Below are positions 1-7,895 of a DNA stretch of 20,000 nucleotides, in pieces. This DNA is from an uncultured virus (IMG/VR IMGVR_UViG_2860837431_000002) (lineage: Duplodnaviria > Heunggongvirae > Uroviricota > Caudoviricetes). Location: positions 111,608 to 131,607 of the IMG/VR virus record IMGVR_UViG_2860837431_000002, one strand, 5' to 3'. Each line of letters begins with the position of its first letter. Positions within the stretch are counted from its first letter, which is position 1. The position numbers and the translations under genes are program-made. The notes under the pieces are model-generated. The model made no database searches. It was not told the DNA's origin and worked only from the letters and a program-made list of their open reading frames with translations.

Positions 1-504
1 TTTAACGGAGAAGAATGGATTGTCTCATCTGCAGGTTCAGCAGACTCCTTAAATGGTTTTACAGCTTCTACAACCACCTCGCCAAATTCAATACCAGTGC
101 GCAATGAATTAGGAATTATTAGTGGTTCAATAGACGGTAATGCAGAGTTGTTAGGTGGACGACCAGCATCAGATTATGTATTAGCTGAAAATATCCCCCT
201 ACCTCCTAAGTTCGCAAAGGGTGTTTATATAGGAGACGGTACTCCAAGTAAACAAATCCCCCTCTCCTTTACTCCAGATCTAGTCAAAATAACTCCAATT
301 TCAAATGAAGACAGTATGCTGGTTATTGAAAGTCCTACAGGTGGTTATGCCTATCAATGTACAGCGTCTGGTCTTTCTCTAATTGGCGGAGATTTAAGCT
401 ACGGAGCTTTAGGCGATAAAATCTTTTTAACTGGCTCAGATGAAAATTTTAGAGGAAACAAATTAAATGTCAAATATATATGGGAAGCTTACCAGCAAAA
501 TTAA
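1..504 (+). CDS. yomG: 3' end of a phage tail-region protein (YomG-like), 5'-truncated by the window
   Basis: The frame is open from base 1 ([19 protein letters not shown]...) to TAA at 502-504, so the ORF-track start at 97 is internal. It lies directly upstream of yomF. Confidence 0.65.
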   Translation, partial: FNGEEWIVSSAGSADSLNGFTASTTTSPNSIPVRNELGIISGSIDGNAELLGGRPASDYVLAENIPLPPKFAKGVYIGDGTPSKQIPLSFTPDLVKITPISNEDSMLVIESPTGGYAYQCTASGLSLIGGDLSYGALGDKIFLTGSDENFRGNKLNVKYIWEAYQQN

Positions 505-519
505 ACGGAGGTGATTAAT

Positions 520-1341
520 CTGACCGACTTTGCTGAATTGTATAACGATCCAATTTTAAGTAAAAAAAGAAAAGGTTCAGTTGATGATCCCTATCTGACT
601 TATAATGAGACATTAACTGTCTATAACGGCAGAGTACTTCTGACTGAGATTCCAAACAGAGAGTTTCGTGTCGAAGTTATAGGAAGTAACAAGGAATGGC
701 GAGAAATTGAAGATGGTGAGCTTGAAGACAATTATTTTAAGGTTGATTACCTTATGGGTGTTGTCTTTTTTAATGTTTCAAATGAAGGAAAATCACTTAC
801 CTTTAATTACAGTGGTGAAGGTGCCTCCTTCTTCCCTGCCTCTCGAATTTGGATAAAACGACAAGGGAATATGGTTATTGAAACTCTTCAAGGACTTATC
901 GATGAAGCTGAAGATACAATAATTCGAATGAATGAACGTATAGCTGAATGTGAACGAGTTACAAAACGGTGCCAAGAAGTGGCAGCTTGGTGTAGACAGG
1001 CTACATCAAATTATGAAGAAGTTGTAGAAAATACAAGAAAAATTTATAAACCATCTGTCTATACCTATTCAGATATTTTCACCTATTACCCAACCCCACA
1101 GATTGGTTGGACGGTGACTGTTAAAGAAACAAAAATCGTTTATCGGTGGGATGGATTTGAGTGGGTAGATATTGGAACTTCCGAAGTATATGAAGGTTTC
1201 AATATACTGCTAAGCGCAACAGAGCCATTTAATGCAAATTATATCTGGTATAAGGATGCCTCTTTTTCACCTGAGAAAAAACGAGTTGTTGTTTCAGATA
1301 CAGCACCAGATTCAGGACAAGTATGGTACAAAACTGACTAA
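520..1341 (+). CDS. yomF: SPbeta YomF-like virion/tail-associated protein
   Basis: Strong SD GGAGGTGA at 507-514 overlaps the GTG at 511, so the likely start is CTG at 520 (273 aa). Synteny between yomG and yomE. Confidence 0.75.
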   Translation: MTDFAELYNDPILSKKRKGSVDDPYLTYNETLTVYNGRVLLTEIPNREFRVEVIGSNKEWREIEDGELEDNYFKVDYLMGVVFFNVSNEGKSLTFNYSGEGASFFPASRIWIKRQGNMVIETLQGLIDEAEDTIIRMNERIAECERVTKRCQEVAAWCRQATSNYEEVVENTRKIYKPSVYTYSDIFTYYPTPQIGWTVTVKETKIVYRWDGFEWVDIGTSEVYEGFNILLSATEPFNANYIWYKDASFSPEKKRVVVSDTAPDSGQVWYKTD

Positions 1342-1363
1342 GATCCCCTTTGGGATCTTTTTT
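1340..1363 (+). terminator. Intrinsic terminator after yomF
   Basis: AAGATCCC-cttt-GGGATCTT followed by a T-run. Confidence 0.75.
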
Positions 1364-1377
1364 ATTGGAGGAAAGTT

Positions 1378-3312
1378 ATGGCTGGTTTTTATAGATATGA
1401 TCAAAATTTAGATAAATATGTTCCGATGCCTGTTGAACTACTAGCTTCAGAAGGAGAAGAATACACCGCTCCTAAAATTACTCAGAAGTTTAATGAAGTA
1501 GAAACGAAAACAACAGAAATTTTAAACAAGGTATTAACTGATGACAGATATTTTACAGTAACAAGTTCTTTTAAACAGGATGTCACTCTTGGTATTGAGT
1601 ACTATGTTACAAAGGTTACTCCTAAAACAACCGAAGCTAAAAAAAGTATGATTCAAAAAACGTTTGCATACGACTTTGAAAAATCCATTGATCCCACATC
1701 ATCTTATTTTGGTACAACAAATCGTGAAACAGTTTTAAGTATGGCCAAACGAAAAAGATCTGTTGTTGCAATAAACGCTAGTGGTTGGCGATCAAATGGT
1801 GAAGTCATGGGGCTTCAAATTAAAGACGGAGTTCTCTACAAAGATTATGACGCTGCTGGATATACAGGCGCTGAGGCTTGTGTATTTTTTGACGATGGAA
1901 CTATGAAGGTTTACGGAAACAGAGAAGTTGATGCCGACATCCTAATTTCCAAAGGCGCACGAAACTCTTTTGCTTTTGGCATTTGGTTAGTTAAAGATTC
2001 TAAGCCAAGAACCGCTCAAATGACTACATGGGCAGATTTAAATGTTAAGCATCCTCGACAAGCCATTGGACAAAGATCTGATGGTACACTAGTTATCATT
2101 ACTGTAGATGGCCGCTCACTTCGATCCAGTGGTATTACAGCTTATGATATGCCATCTTTATTTTTATCTGAAGGCTGTATTAATGCATTTCTTTTAGATG
2201 GTGGTGGAAGCTCTCAAACTGCTGTTGAAGGAAAATATATTAATAACATTAGTGATGGCATTGAACGTGCAGTGGTCGATACCTTAACAATTTCATATCC
2301 TGATGACGATACAGATAGCAGATTTTTTGAAGTTCAAGAAGGAAGAGGTTTGGCAACAAGTCTAAACAGACGTGTAGAGTTTATTGAATCCAAGCCTACT
2401 TGGAATGTATTAGATTTAGGCTTCTCACCAGATGGCTTAATCGATAATACAGCTAAGTTTAAAAAAGCCCTTAGTGATTTATCTGAAAAAGGTGGAGGGA
2501 AACTACATTTTCCGAAAGGTACATATTTAATCGGTAAACAGAATACAACTAGCGCTAGTGAAAAAATTGAACTCCCTTCAAATATCTCAATTGTTGGTGA
2601 AAGACGATCCTACACTAAACTCCTTCGAAATCCAAATCACTCACTTGATGAATTGTTGCGAATCACAGATCACAATTATATAGAAGGCATTGAAATTGAT
2701 GGCAATAGCAGTGTAAATAAGAGTAGCTGCCGATTGATCGCAGGCGGAAATATAAAATCATTTAAAATGAAAGACTGCAGCTTGGTTAATGCTACAGATA
2801 GAGGAGTGAGTATTCACGGGATCGGCAAGTCTATAACGATTGAAGGAATGTATATTTCCAATATAGCCAACGAGTGCATTAACGTTGCTGAAGGAGAAAT
2901 TATTAAACTAATTGACTCTGAGATCACATTTAGCGGTACTGCCCTTTGGGTGGGTAATGCTGCAAATATCTTCACTAAGAATAACCTCGCAAAATCCTTA
3001 AAAACCTTCGTCCGGTACAAAAACTCTCAAAATGCAATTTGTTCAGGAAACATTATCACTAATAATATTGATCGCGCAATTTGGGGATCTGTAAGAGAAG
3101 CTGTTTTCTCTGATAATGTTTTCAAGCAATGCCACTCTGATTATCACCTTTACTTTATTCAAGAAGACACTGGAACAAACGATTTAATTGTAACTGGAAA
3201 CTCAGTTTATAGTGATGTTGAAGGAACAGCTTTCATTAGAACTCCATCAGATATAGACAGAAGACGAGTGTCGGGTAACGTAGGTAATATACCTAGCTTG
3301 AACTTGGATTAA
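1378..3312 (+). CDS. yomE: YomE-like tail-spike/depolymerase: phosphodiester glycosidase (NAGPA-like) domain plus pectate-lyase-3-type beta-helix
   Basis: Motifs AINASG, HPRQAIGQRSDG...VDGR and NAFLLDGGGSS (phosphodiester glycosidase). NVLDLGFSPDGLIDNTAKFKKAL...GGGKLHFPKGTY marks a beta-helix N-terminus. SD GGAGG upstream. Confidence 0.85.
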   Translation: MAGFYRYDQNLDKYVPMPVELLASEGEEYTAPKITQKFNEVETKTTEILNKVLTDDRYFTVTSSFKQDVTLGIEYYVTKVTPKTTEAKKSMIQKTFAYDFEKSIDPTSSYFGTTNRETVLSMAKRKRSVVAINASGWRSNGEVMGLQIKDGVLYKDYDAAGYTGAEACVFFDDGTMKVYGNREVDADILISKGARNSFAFGIWLVKDSKPRTAQMTTWADLNVKHPRQAIGQRSDGTLVIITVDGRSLRSSGITAYDMPSLFLSEGCINAFLLDGGGSSQTAVEGKYINNISDGIERAVVDTLTISYPDDDTDSRFFEVQEGRGLATSLNRRVEFIESKPTWNVLDLGFSPDGLIDNTAKFKKALSDLSEKGGGKLHFPKGTYLIGKQNTTSASEKIELPSNISIVGERRSYTKLLRNPNHSLDELLRITDHNYIEGIEIDGNSSVNKSSCRLIAGGNIKSFKMKDCSLVNATDRGVSIHGIGKSITIEGMYISNIANECINVAEGEIIKLIDSEITFSGTALWVGNAANIFTKNNLAKSLKTFVRYKNSQNAICSGNIITNNIDRAIWGSVREAVFSDNVFKQCHSDYHLYFIQEDTGTNDLIVTGNSVYSDVEGTAFIRTPSDIDRRRVSGNVGNIPSLNLD

Positions 3313-3416
3313 GAATAAAGGAACAATAAAGGTGGTGGTTACGTTCTAGATAAAATATAGATTTTATTCAAAATACATACTTGAAAGACAGAGATAACAA
3401 GAGCATGCGTGAGATA

Positions 3417-3452
3417 AGGAGAGATTGGGTTAAGTCCCCTTCTCTCTTTTTT
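3417..3452 (+). terminator. Probable intrinsic terminator after yomE
   Basis: GAGAGAttGGG...CCCctTCTCTC followed by T6. Confidence 0.55.
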
Positions 3453-3481
3453 GTGTTCAAATTTAATTATTAGGTGGATAG

Positions 3482-4516
3482 ATGGCAAGAAAGATATCAG
3501 ATTATCATTTAAAAAAACGTGAAGAAACTCAAAAGAAATTTATTGATTTATTAGCTCAGAATAACTACATTCACATTTCTGGAGACATGGTAAATTCAAA
3601 AACAAAGGTGAAAGTCAGATGTCCACATAATCACACATGGCAAGTAAATTACGAACACTTTAAAAAAGGTACTCGTTGTCCAGAATGTAGGATAATTGAA
3701 GGCTCCCTTAAAAAAAGGCTTAACTTAAGTACTGTGAAAAGTAGATATGCCCTTAAAGGCTATGAGATTTTAAGCACCTATAAAAACTGTCATTCTAAAC
3801 TAAAAGCTAAGTGCCCTGAAGGACATATATGGGAGCACCTTCCCAGCAACTTCTTTAAAGGTGAAGAGTGTTTTCAATGTAAAGGTGCTAAAAAATACAC
3901 TGTTGAATGTGCACAAGCAGCTTTTTCTGATCGTGGGTTTATCCCTTTATTCGATACATACCATCACAATAAAGAAAATCTCCCTTTTCTATGCAAGGAA
4001 CATATAGACTTAGGAGTTCAATATGCTCCACTTCATAACATGGTAAGAGGTTTAGCAAACTGCAGAAAGTGTTATTTACTTCTTTTCACAGGCGAAAATA
4101 GCTCTAGATGGAAAGGCGGTATTTCTCCTTTAAATAAAACTTTAAGAGAAGCTGTTTATGAAGTTTGGACTAAACCCTCATTAGAGAAATATTCATTTAA
4201 ATGTGCAATAACAAACTCTACAAAAGACCTTCATGTGCACCACTATAAAAAGAATTTTAGCGAGATTGTTAAAGAAGCACTGAGCAATTTAAGTTTTGAA
4301 CCGCAGTCTAAAATTGGCGATTTTACTGTCAATGAGCTTGAGCAAATTAAAAATGAATGTGTAAGACTTCATTTGAATTATGGACTCGGAATTCCTCTAA
4401 CTAAAAAAATCCACAATCTTTTCCATGAAATTTATGGAACATCCAACAATAATGAGATTCAATTCAACGAGTTTCGAAATCGCTATGAAAATGGTGAATT
4501 CGAGGCTCTTTTTTAA
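3482..4516 (+). CDS. Zinc-ribbon-repeat HNH endonuclease-like protein (yomD position)
   Basis: Three C-x2/3-H ... CxxC modules (CPHNH..CPEC; CPEGH..CFQC; CKEH..CRKC), a GENSSRWKGG linker, and C-terminal HNH-like CAIT..LHVHH...LTKKIHNLFH. Confidence 0.75.
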   Translation: MARKISDYHLKKREETQKKFIDLLAQNNYIHISGDMVNSKTKVKVRCPHNHTWQVNYEHFKKGTRCPECRIIEGSLKKRLNLSTVKSRYALKGYEILSTYKNCHSKLKAKCPEGHIWEHLPSNFFKGEECFQCKGAKKYTVECAQAAFSDRGFIPLFDTYHHNKENLPFLCKEHIDLGVQYAPLHNMVRGLANCRKCYLLLFTGENSSRWKGGISPLNKTLREAVYEVWTKPSLEKYSFKCAITNSTKDLHVHHYKKNFSEIVKEALSNLSFEPQSKIGDFTVNELEQIKNECVRLHLNYGLGIPLTKKIHNLFHEIYGTSNNNEIQFNEFRNRYENGEFEALF

Positions 4517-4539
4517 TTAGAAATTAAGGAGATGTTTTT

Positions 4540-5691
4540 ATGTCAGTTTTCACTAATAGCTACATTCCAGTCAATAAGTATACTAGACCAGGTTTGAAAT
4601 TACAGGGGGTGAAAAAATGCGTCCTCCACTATACAGCCAATCCGGGAGCCGGCGCAGACAATCATCGAAGATACTTCAGCAATGCACAAGTTTATGCATC
4701 AGCTCACATTTTCGTAGATAAGACTGAAGCAATTTGTATCATTCCGTTAAATGAAGTAGCTTACCATGCTAATGATATTCAGCAAAGAGATAGTGCCGGA
4801 AATCCTTATCGAGGAGTAGCCGCACTGAAACCTAACGCTAACTTTTTATCTATTGGGGTTGAGATGTGCCTTGAAAAAGACGGTTCATTCCATTCGGAAA
4901 CAGTTGAAAGAACTGAGGATGTGTTCGTTGAATTATGTAATAAGTTTGGTTTAGATCCTATTGATGATATTGTTCGTCATTATGACATCACCCATAAGAA
5001 TTGCCCTGCACCATGGGTATCTAACAGCCAAAAATTTGTAGACTTTAAAAATCGAGTAAAGGCAAAAATGTCAGGCAAATCTGTTTCAAAAGCTTCTCCA
5101 ACTAAACCAATAGCCTCCTCTCCTTCCTCTTCATCAGCAGCAAGTGGTTCCCTTAAATCAAAAGTTGACGGTCTTCGCTTCTACTCAAAACCATCATGGG
5201 AAGATAAAAATGTTGTCGGCACAGTAAATAAAGGTATTGGATTTCCTACAGTTGTTGAGAAAGTTAAAGTCGGATCTGCGTATCAATACAAAGTTAAGAA
5301 CTCTAAAGGCGCTACATATTACATCACTGCTTCTGACAAATATGTTGATGTTACAGGATCAGTTAAAGCCTCTTCTCCTACCCCAAAAACAACATCAACT
5401 TCTTCAAGCTCCTCATCTATTAAATCCGTGGGAAAAATCAAAATTGTCGGTGTATCAAGCGCAGCAATCGTAATGGACAAACCTGATCGAAATAGTTCAA
5501 AAATATTGGCACAGTCAAGCTTGGAAGCACTGTTTCAATTTCTGGTTCAGTTAAAGGTAAAAACAATTCCAAAGGTTACTGGGAAGTTATTTATAACGGT
5601 AAACGCGGATACATCTCAGGACAGTTCGGTTCAAAAATCTAATTATATTCAATTATCTCGGAGGATATTTATTGATCTAATGTATCATTGA
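4540..5691 (+). CDS. blyA: N-acetylmuramoyl-L-alanine amidase endolysin BlyA, frameshifted near the 3' end (expected stop 5640-5642)
   Basis: Amidase_2 motifs LHYTA, SAHIFVD, SIGVEMC and RHYDITHKNCP, then Ser-rich linkers and cell-wall-binding repeats. Adding one A at 5499-5503 restores ...SKNIGTVKLG...YWEVIYNGKRGYISGQFGSKI* (367 aa). Confidence 0.9.
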   Translation: MSVFTNSYIPVNKYTRPGLKLQGVKKCVLHYTANPGAGADNHRRYFSNAQVYASAHIFVDKTEAICIIPLNEVAYHANDIQQRDSAGNPYRGVAALKPNANFLSIGVEMCLEKDGSFHSETVERTEDVFVELCNKFGLDPIDDIVRHYDITHKNCPAPWVSNSQKFVDFKNRVKAKMSGKSVSKASPTKPIASSPSSSSAASGSLKSKVDGLRFYSKPSWEDKNVVGTVNKGIGFPTVVEKVKVGSAYQYKVKNSKGATYYITASDKYVDVTGSVKASSPTPKTTSTSSSSSSIKSVGKIKIVGVSSAAIVMDKPDRNSSKILAQSSLEALFQFLVQLKVKTIPKVTGKLFITVNADTSQDSSVQKSNYIQLSRRIFIDLMYH

Positions 5692-5757
5692 CTATCCTCT
5701 TAATTTTAGGAGGTGATGTAATGTCACCTTTCTATATTTATTAAAGGTTGGTGACAA

Positions 5758-6150
5758 ATGGATAATTTTGAGCAAAGCACCATTTCAAGATTAAGTGCAC
5801 TAGAAGAAAAAGCAAAACACACTAATAACAAGATTGACTCTCTTGAAGAAAGAACAAATGTTATCGGTCGTATAGCTACACTTGTTGAGCAACAAGTCGA
5901 AATTAACAAAGACTCTCAAGCACAATCAAGAGAACAGTTCAGTACTCTTAACGAAATGAGTAACAGTTTAAAAAATCTAAGCAAATCATATGAAAAACTG
6001 GACAATCGAGTTGAAATATTGGAACGCTCTGATTCTACTCGTAAAATTGATCCCTCACAGTTTACTAAAGACCTTGTATTCAAGGTGCTACCAAGTGTGA
6101 TTGCAACTATTGTCGGTGCATGGTTGCTCATACATTTTGGCCTTAAATAA
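5758..6150 (+). CDS. XhlA/BhlA-like lysis accessory protein (coiled coil plus C-terminal TM)
   Basis: Heptad-rich N-terminus and one C-terminal hydrophobic helix (VLPSVIATIVGAWLLIHFG). Sits between the endolysin and the holin. Confidence 0.7.
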   Translation: MDNFEQSTISRLSALEEKAKHTNNKIDSLEERTNVIGRIATLVEQQVEINKDSQAQSREQFSTLNEMSNSLKNLSKSYEKLDNRVEILERSDSTRKIDPSQFTKDLVFKVLPSVIATIVGAWLLIHFGLK

Positions 6151-6170
6151 AATCAACAGGAGACGATTAA

Positions 6171-6422
6171 ATGACTAAAATCAACTGGAAAGTAAGACTG
6201 AAAAAGAAGACATTTCTTGTTGCAATTTTCTCTGCAACGCTGTTATTTGTACAAGCAATTGCCTCTGCTTTTGGGTATGACTTAACTGTATTTGGTGACA
6301 ATTTGACAGAGAAATTTAATGCACTACTAACATTTTTAACTGCAATGGGTATCATTGTTGACCCAACAACTCAAGGTATTTCTGATAGTGAACAAGCAAT
6401 GGATTATGATTCACCGAGATAA
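6171..6422 (+). CDS. Phage holin, phiLC3 family
   Basis: KINWKVRLKKKTF N-terminus, two TM helices, and a GIIVDPTTQGISDS motif typical of phiLC3-type holins. SD AGGAG. Confidence 0.9.
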   Translation: MTKINWKVRLKKKTFLVAIFSATLLFVQAIASAFGYDLTVFGDNLTEKFNALLTFLTAMGIIVDPTTQGISDSEQAMDYDSPR

Positions 6423-6428
6423 AACCCC

Positions 6429-6461
6429 TACCCTTCTCTTAATCGAGGAGGGTATTTTTTT
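6429..6461 (+). terminator. Terminator of the lysis operon
   Basis: TACCCTTCTC-ttaatc-GAGGAGGGTA followed by T7. Confidence 0.85.
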
Positions 6462-6546
6462 CGTTATTTAAGATAACATTAATCTTCCTTATTCATTTAA
6501 ATATGATAAAATATTACATATTTAGATATTTAATATAGGAGGGCTT

Positions 6547-7686
6547 GTGTTGGAGCAGATGATCTCTTCTTCTAAAGTTGGAGTGAAAATAAATGAGTGG
6601 TATAAATACATAAGATTATTTAGTGTCCCAGATTCGGAAATATTGAAAGCTGAGGTCGAGGAAGAAATAAGGCATATGAAAGAAGATCAAGATTTATTGC
6701 TGTACTATTCTCTCATGTGTTTTCGCCATCAGCTGATGCTGGACTACCTTGAACCAAAAACATTGAACGAAGAACGACCTAAAATTTCAGACTTATTAGA
6801 AAAGATCGAAAGTAGTCAAACTGATTTGAAAGGGATTCTTGAATATTATTTTAACTTTTTCCGGGGAATGTATGAATTTGAACAATACGAATATCTTAAT
6901 GCCATAAGCTTCTATAAGCAAGCCGAGAGAAAATTATCACTTGTTGCAGATGAAATTGAAAGAGCTGAATTCCACTATAAAGTTGCAGAAATTTATTATC
7001 ATATGAAGCAAACACATATGTCGATGCACCACATTGTTCAAGCAATCGATAGTTATAAAGCACATGAAAACTACACTGTAAGAGTTATTCAATGCTCATT
7101 TGTTATCGGACTGAACTATTTGGATATGGACTACCCTGAAAAAGCGATCCCTCATTTTAAAGATGCTCTAGATAAAGCAAGAGAAATCGATATGTCACGA
7201 TTAATCGGATCATCTCTTTACAATCTCGGCTTATGTTCCTTTGCTGAGGAAGCTTATGAAAAGGCATCTGAGTACTTCAAGGAGGGCATTAGAGTATATC
7301 AGGATAATGGGTATGAACATTCAAATCGCATATTAGATATCTTACTTATGTTGACAAAAACCACTTTTAAAATGAGAAATCACTCCGAGGGAATTTCTTG
7401 GTGTGCACACGGTCTGTCTTTGTCCAAAAATTTAAACGATGAGATTATGGCAAAAATGTTTGAATTCATTCATGCCTTATATGTAGATAATGACAATGAA
7501 AAATTAAATTCAATTCTAAATTATTTAGAATTAAAGTCAATGCTTTCAGACGTGGAGGATTTAGCATCAGATGCAGCGAAGTATTACAATGAAAAAGAAG
7601 ACCATAAAGTGGCTGTTGCTTATTATGAAAAAGTGCTTTATGCCCGTAAACAAATTCAGAGAGGGGATTGTCTTTATGAAACTTAA
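6547..7686 (+). CDS. rap: Rap-family TPR response-regulator aspartate phosphatase (phage Rap)
   Basis: SSKVGVKINEWYKYIR..FSVPDSEILKAEV..EDQDLLLYYSLMCFRHQLMLDYLEP closely follows RapA/C/H, and the catalytic Gln is retained. TPR C-terminus. The start may be TTG 6550. Confidence 0.95.
   Translation: MLEQMISSSKVGVKINEWYKYIRLFSVPDSEILKAEVEEEIRHMKEDQDLLLYYSLMCFRHQLMLDYLEPKTLNEERPKISDLLEKIESSQTDLKGILEYYFNFFRGMYEFEQYEYLNAISFYKQAERKLSLVADEIERAEFHYKVAEIYYHMKQTHMSMHHIVQAIDSYKAHENYTVRVIQCSFVIGLNYLDMDYPEKAIPHFKDALDKAREIDMSRLIGSSLYNLGLCSFAEEAYEKASEYFKEGIRVYQDNGYEHSNRILDILLMLTKTTFKMRNHSEGISWCAHGLSLSKNLNDEIMAKMFEFIHALYVDNDNEKLNSILNYLELKSMLSDVEDLASDAAKYYNEKEDHKVAVAYYEKVLYARKQIQRGDCLYET
7554..7582 (+). promoter_or_regulatory. 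Possible sigma-H promoter for phr inside the rap 3' end
   Basis: GGAGGATTT-N13-GCGAAGT lies in the VEDLA..AKYY codons. Phr genes commonly have sigH promoters inside the cognate rap. Confidence 0.35.
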
Positions 7687-7852
7687 GCATGCATCTGTCT
7701 TTATTTTAGCCATTGTTTTAATTGGATTTGTAAGCACTTATTTAACTAACACTCAAAAAGATGTCCAAGAAGCACGCAGAGGACATACAGCCAGTATTGG
7801 TTTTACTGATGGTCATTCGTATGAAATTGCAAGCAGAGGACATACTTCTTAA
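7676..7852 (+). CDS. phr: Phr signalling pre-peptide (58 aa) with two pentapeptides, RRGHT and SRGHT
   Basis: ATG overlaps the rap 3' end after SD GAGGGG. Signal peptide MKLKHASVFILAIVLIGFVS, then ...EA-RRGHT-AS...IA-SRGHT-S. Confidence 0.92.
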   Translation: MKLKHASVFILAIVLIGFVSTYLTNTQKDVQEARRGHTASIGFTDGHSYEIASRGHTS

Positions 7853-7864
7853 TATGTTTTTCTT

Positions 7865-7895
7865 ATCCCCCCTCCAAATTGAGGGGGTTATTTTT
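7865..7895. terminator. Terminator between convergent phr and uvrX
   Basis: CCCCCTC-caaatt-GAGGGGG followed by TTATTTTT. Confidence 0.7.

Noticed and set aside
3350..3367. Palindrome ATAAAAT-atag-ATTTTAT
   Set aside because: AT-rich single copy in this window; function cannot be supported from the sequence alone.
7571..7675. 93-aa version of the Phr ORF
   Set aside because: The true start is ATG 7676, which has an SD and a signal peptide. The upstream part merely overlaps rap.
6547..7852. Arbitrium aimR-aimP system
   Set aside because: The receptor has a Rap three-helix N-terminus and the peptides are Phr-type xRxxT pentapeptides, not AimP hexapeptides.
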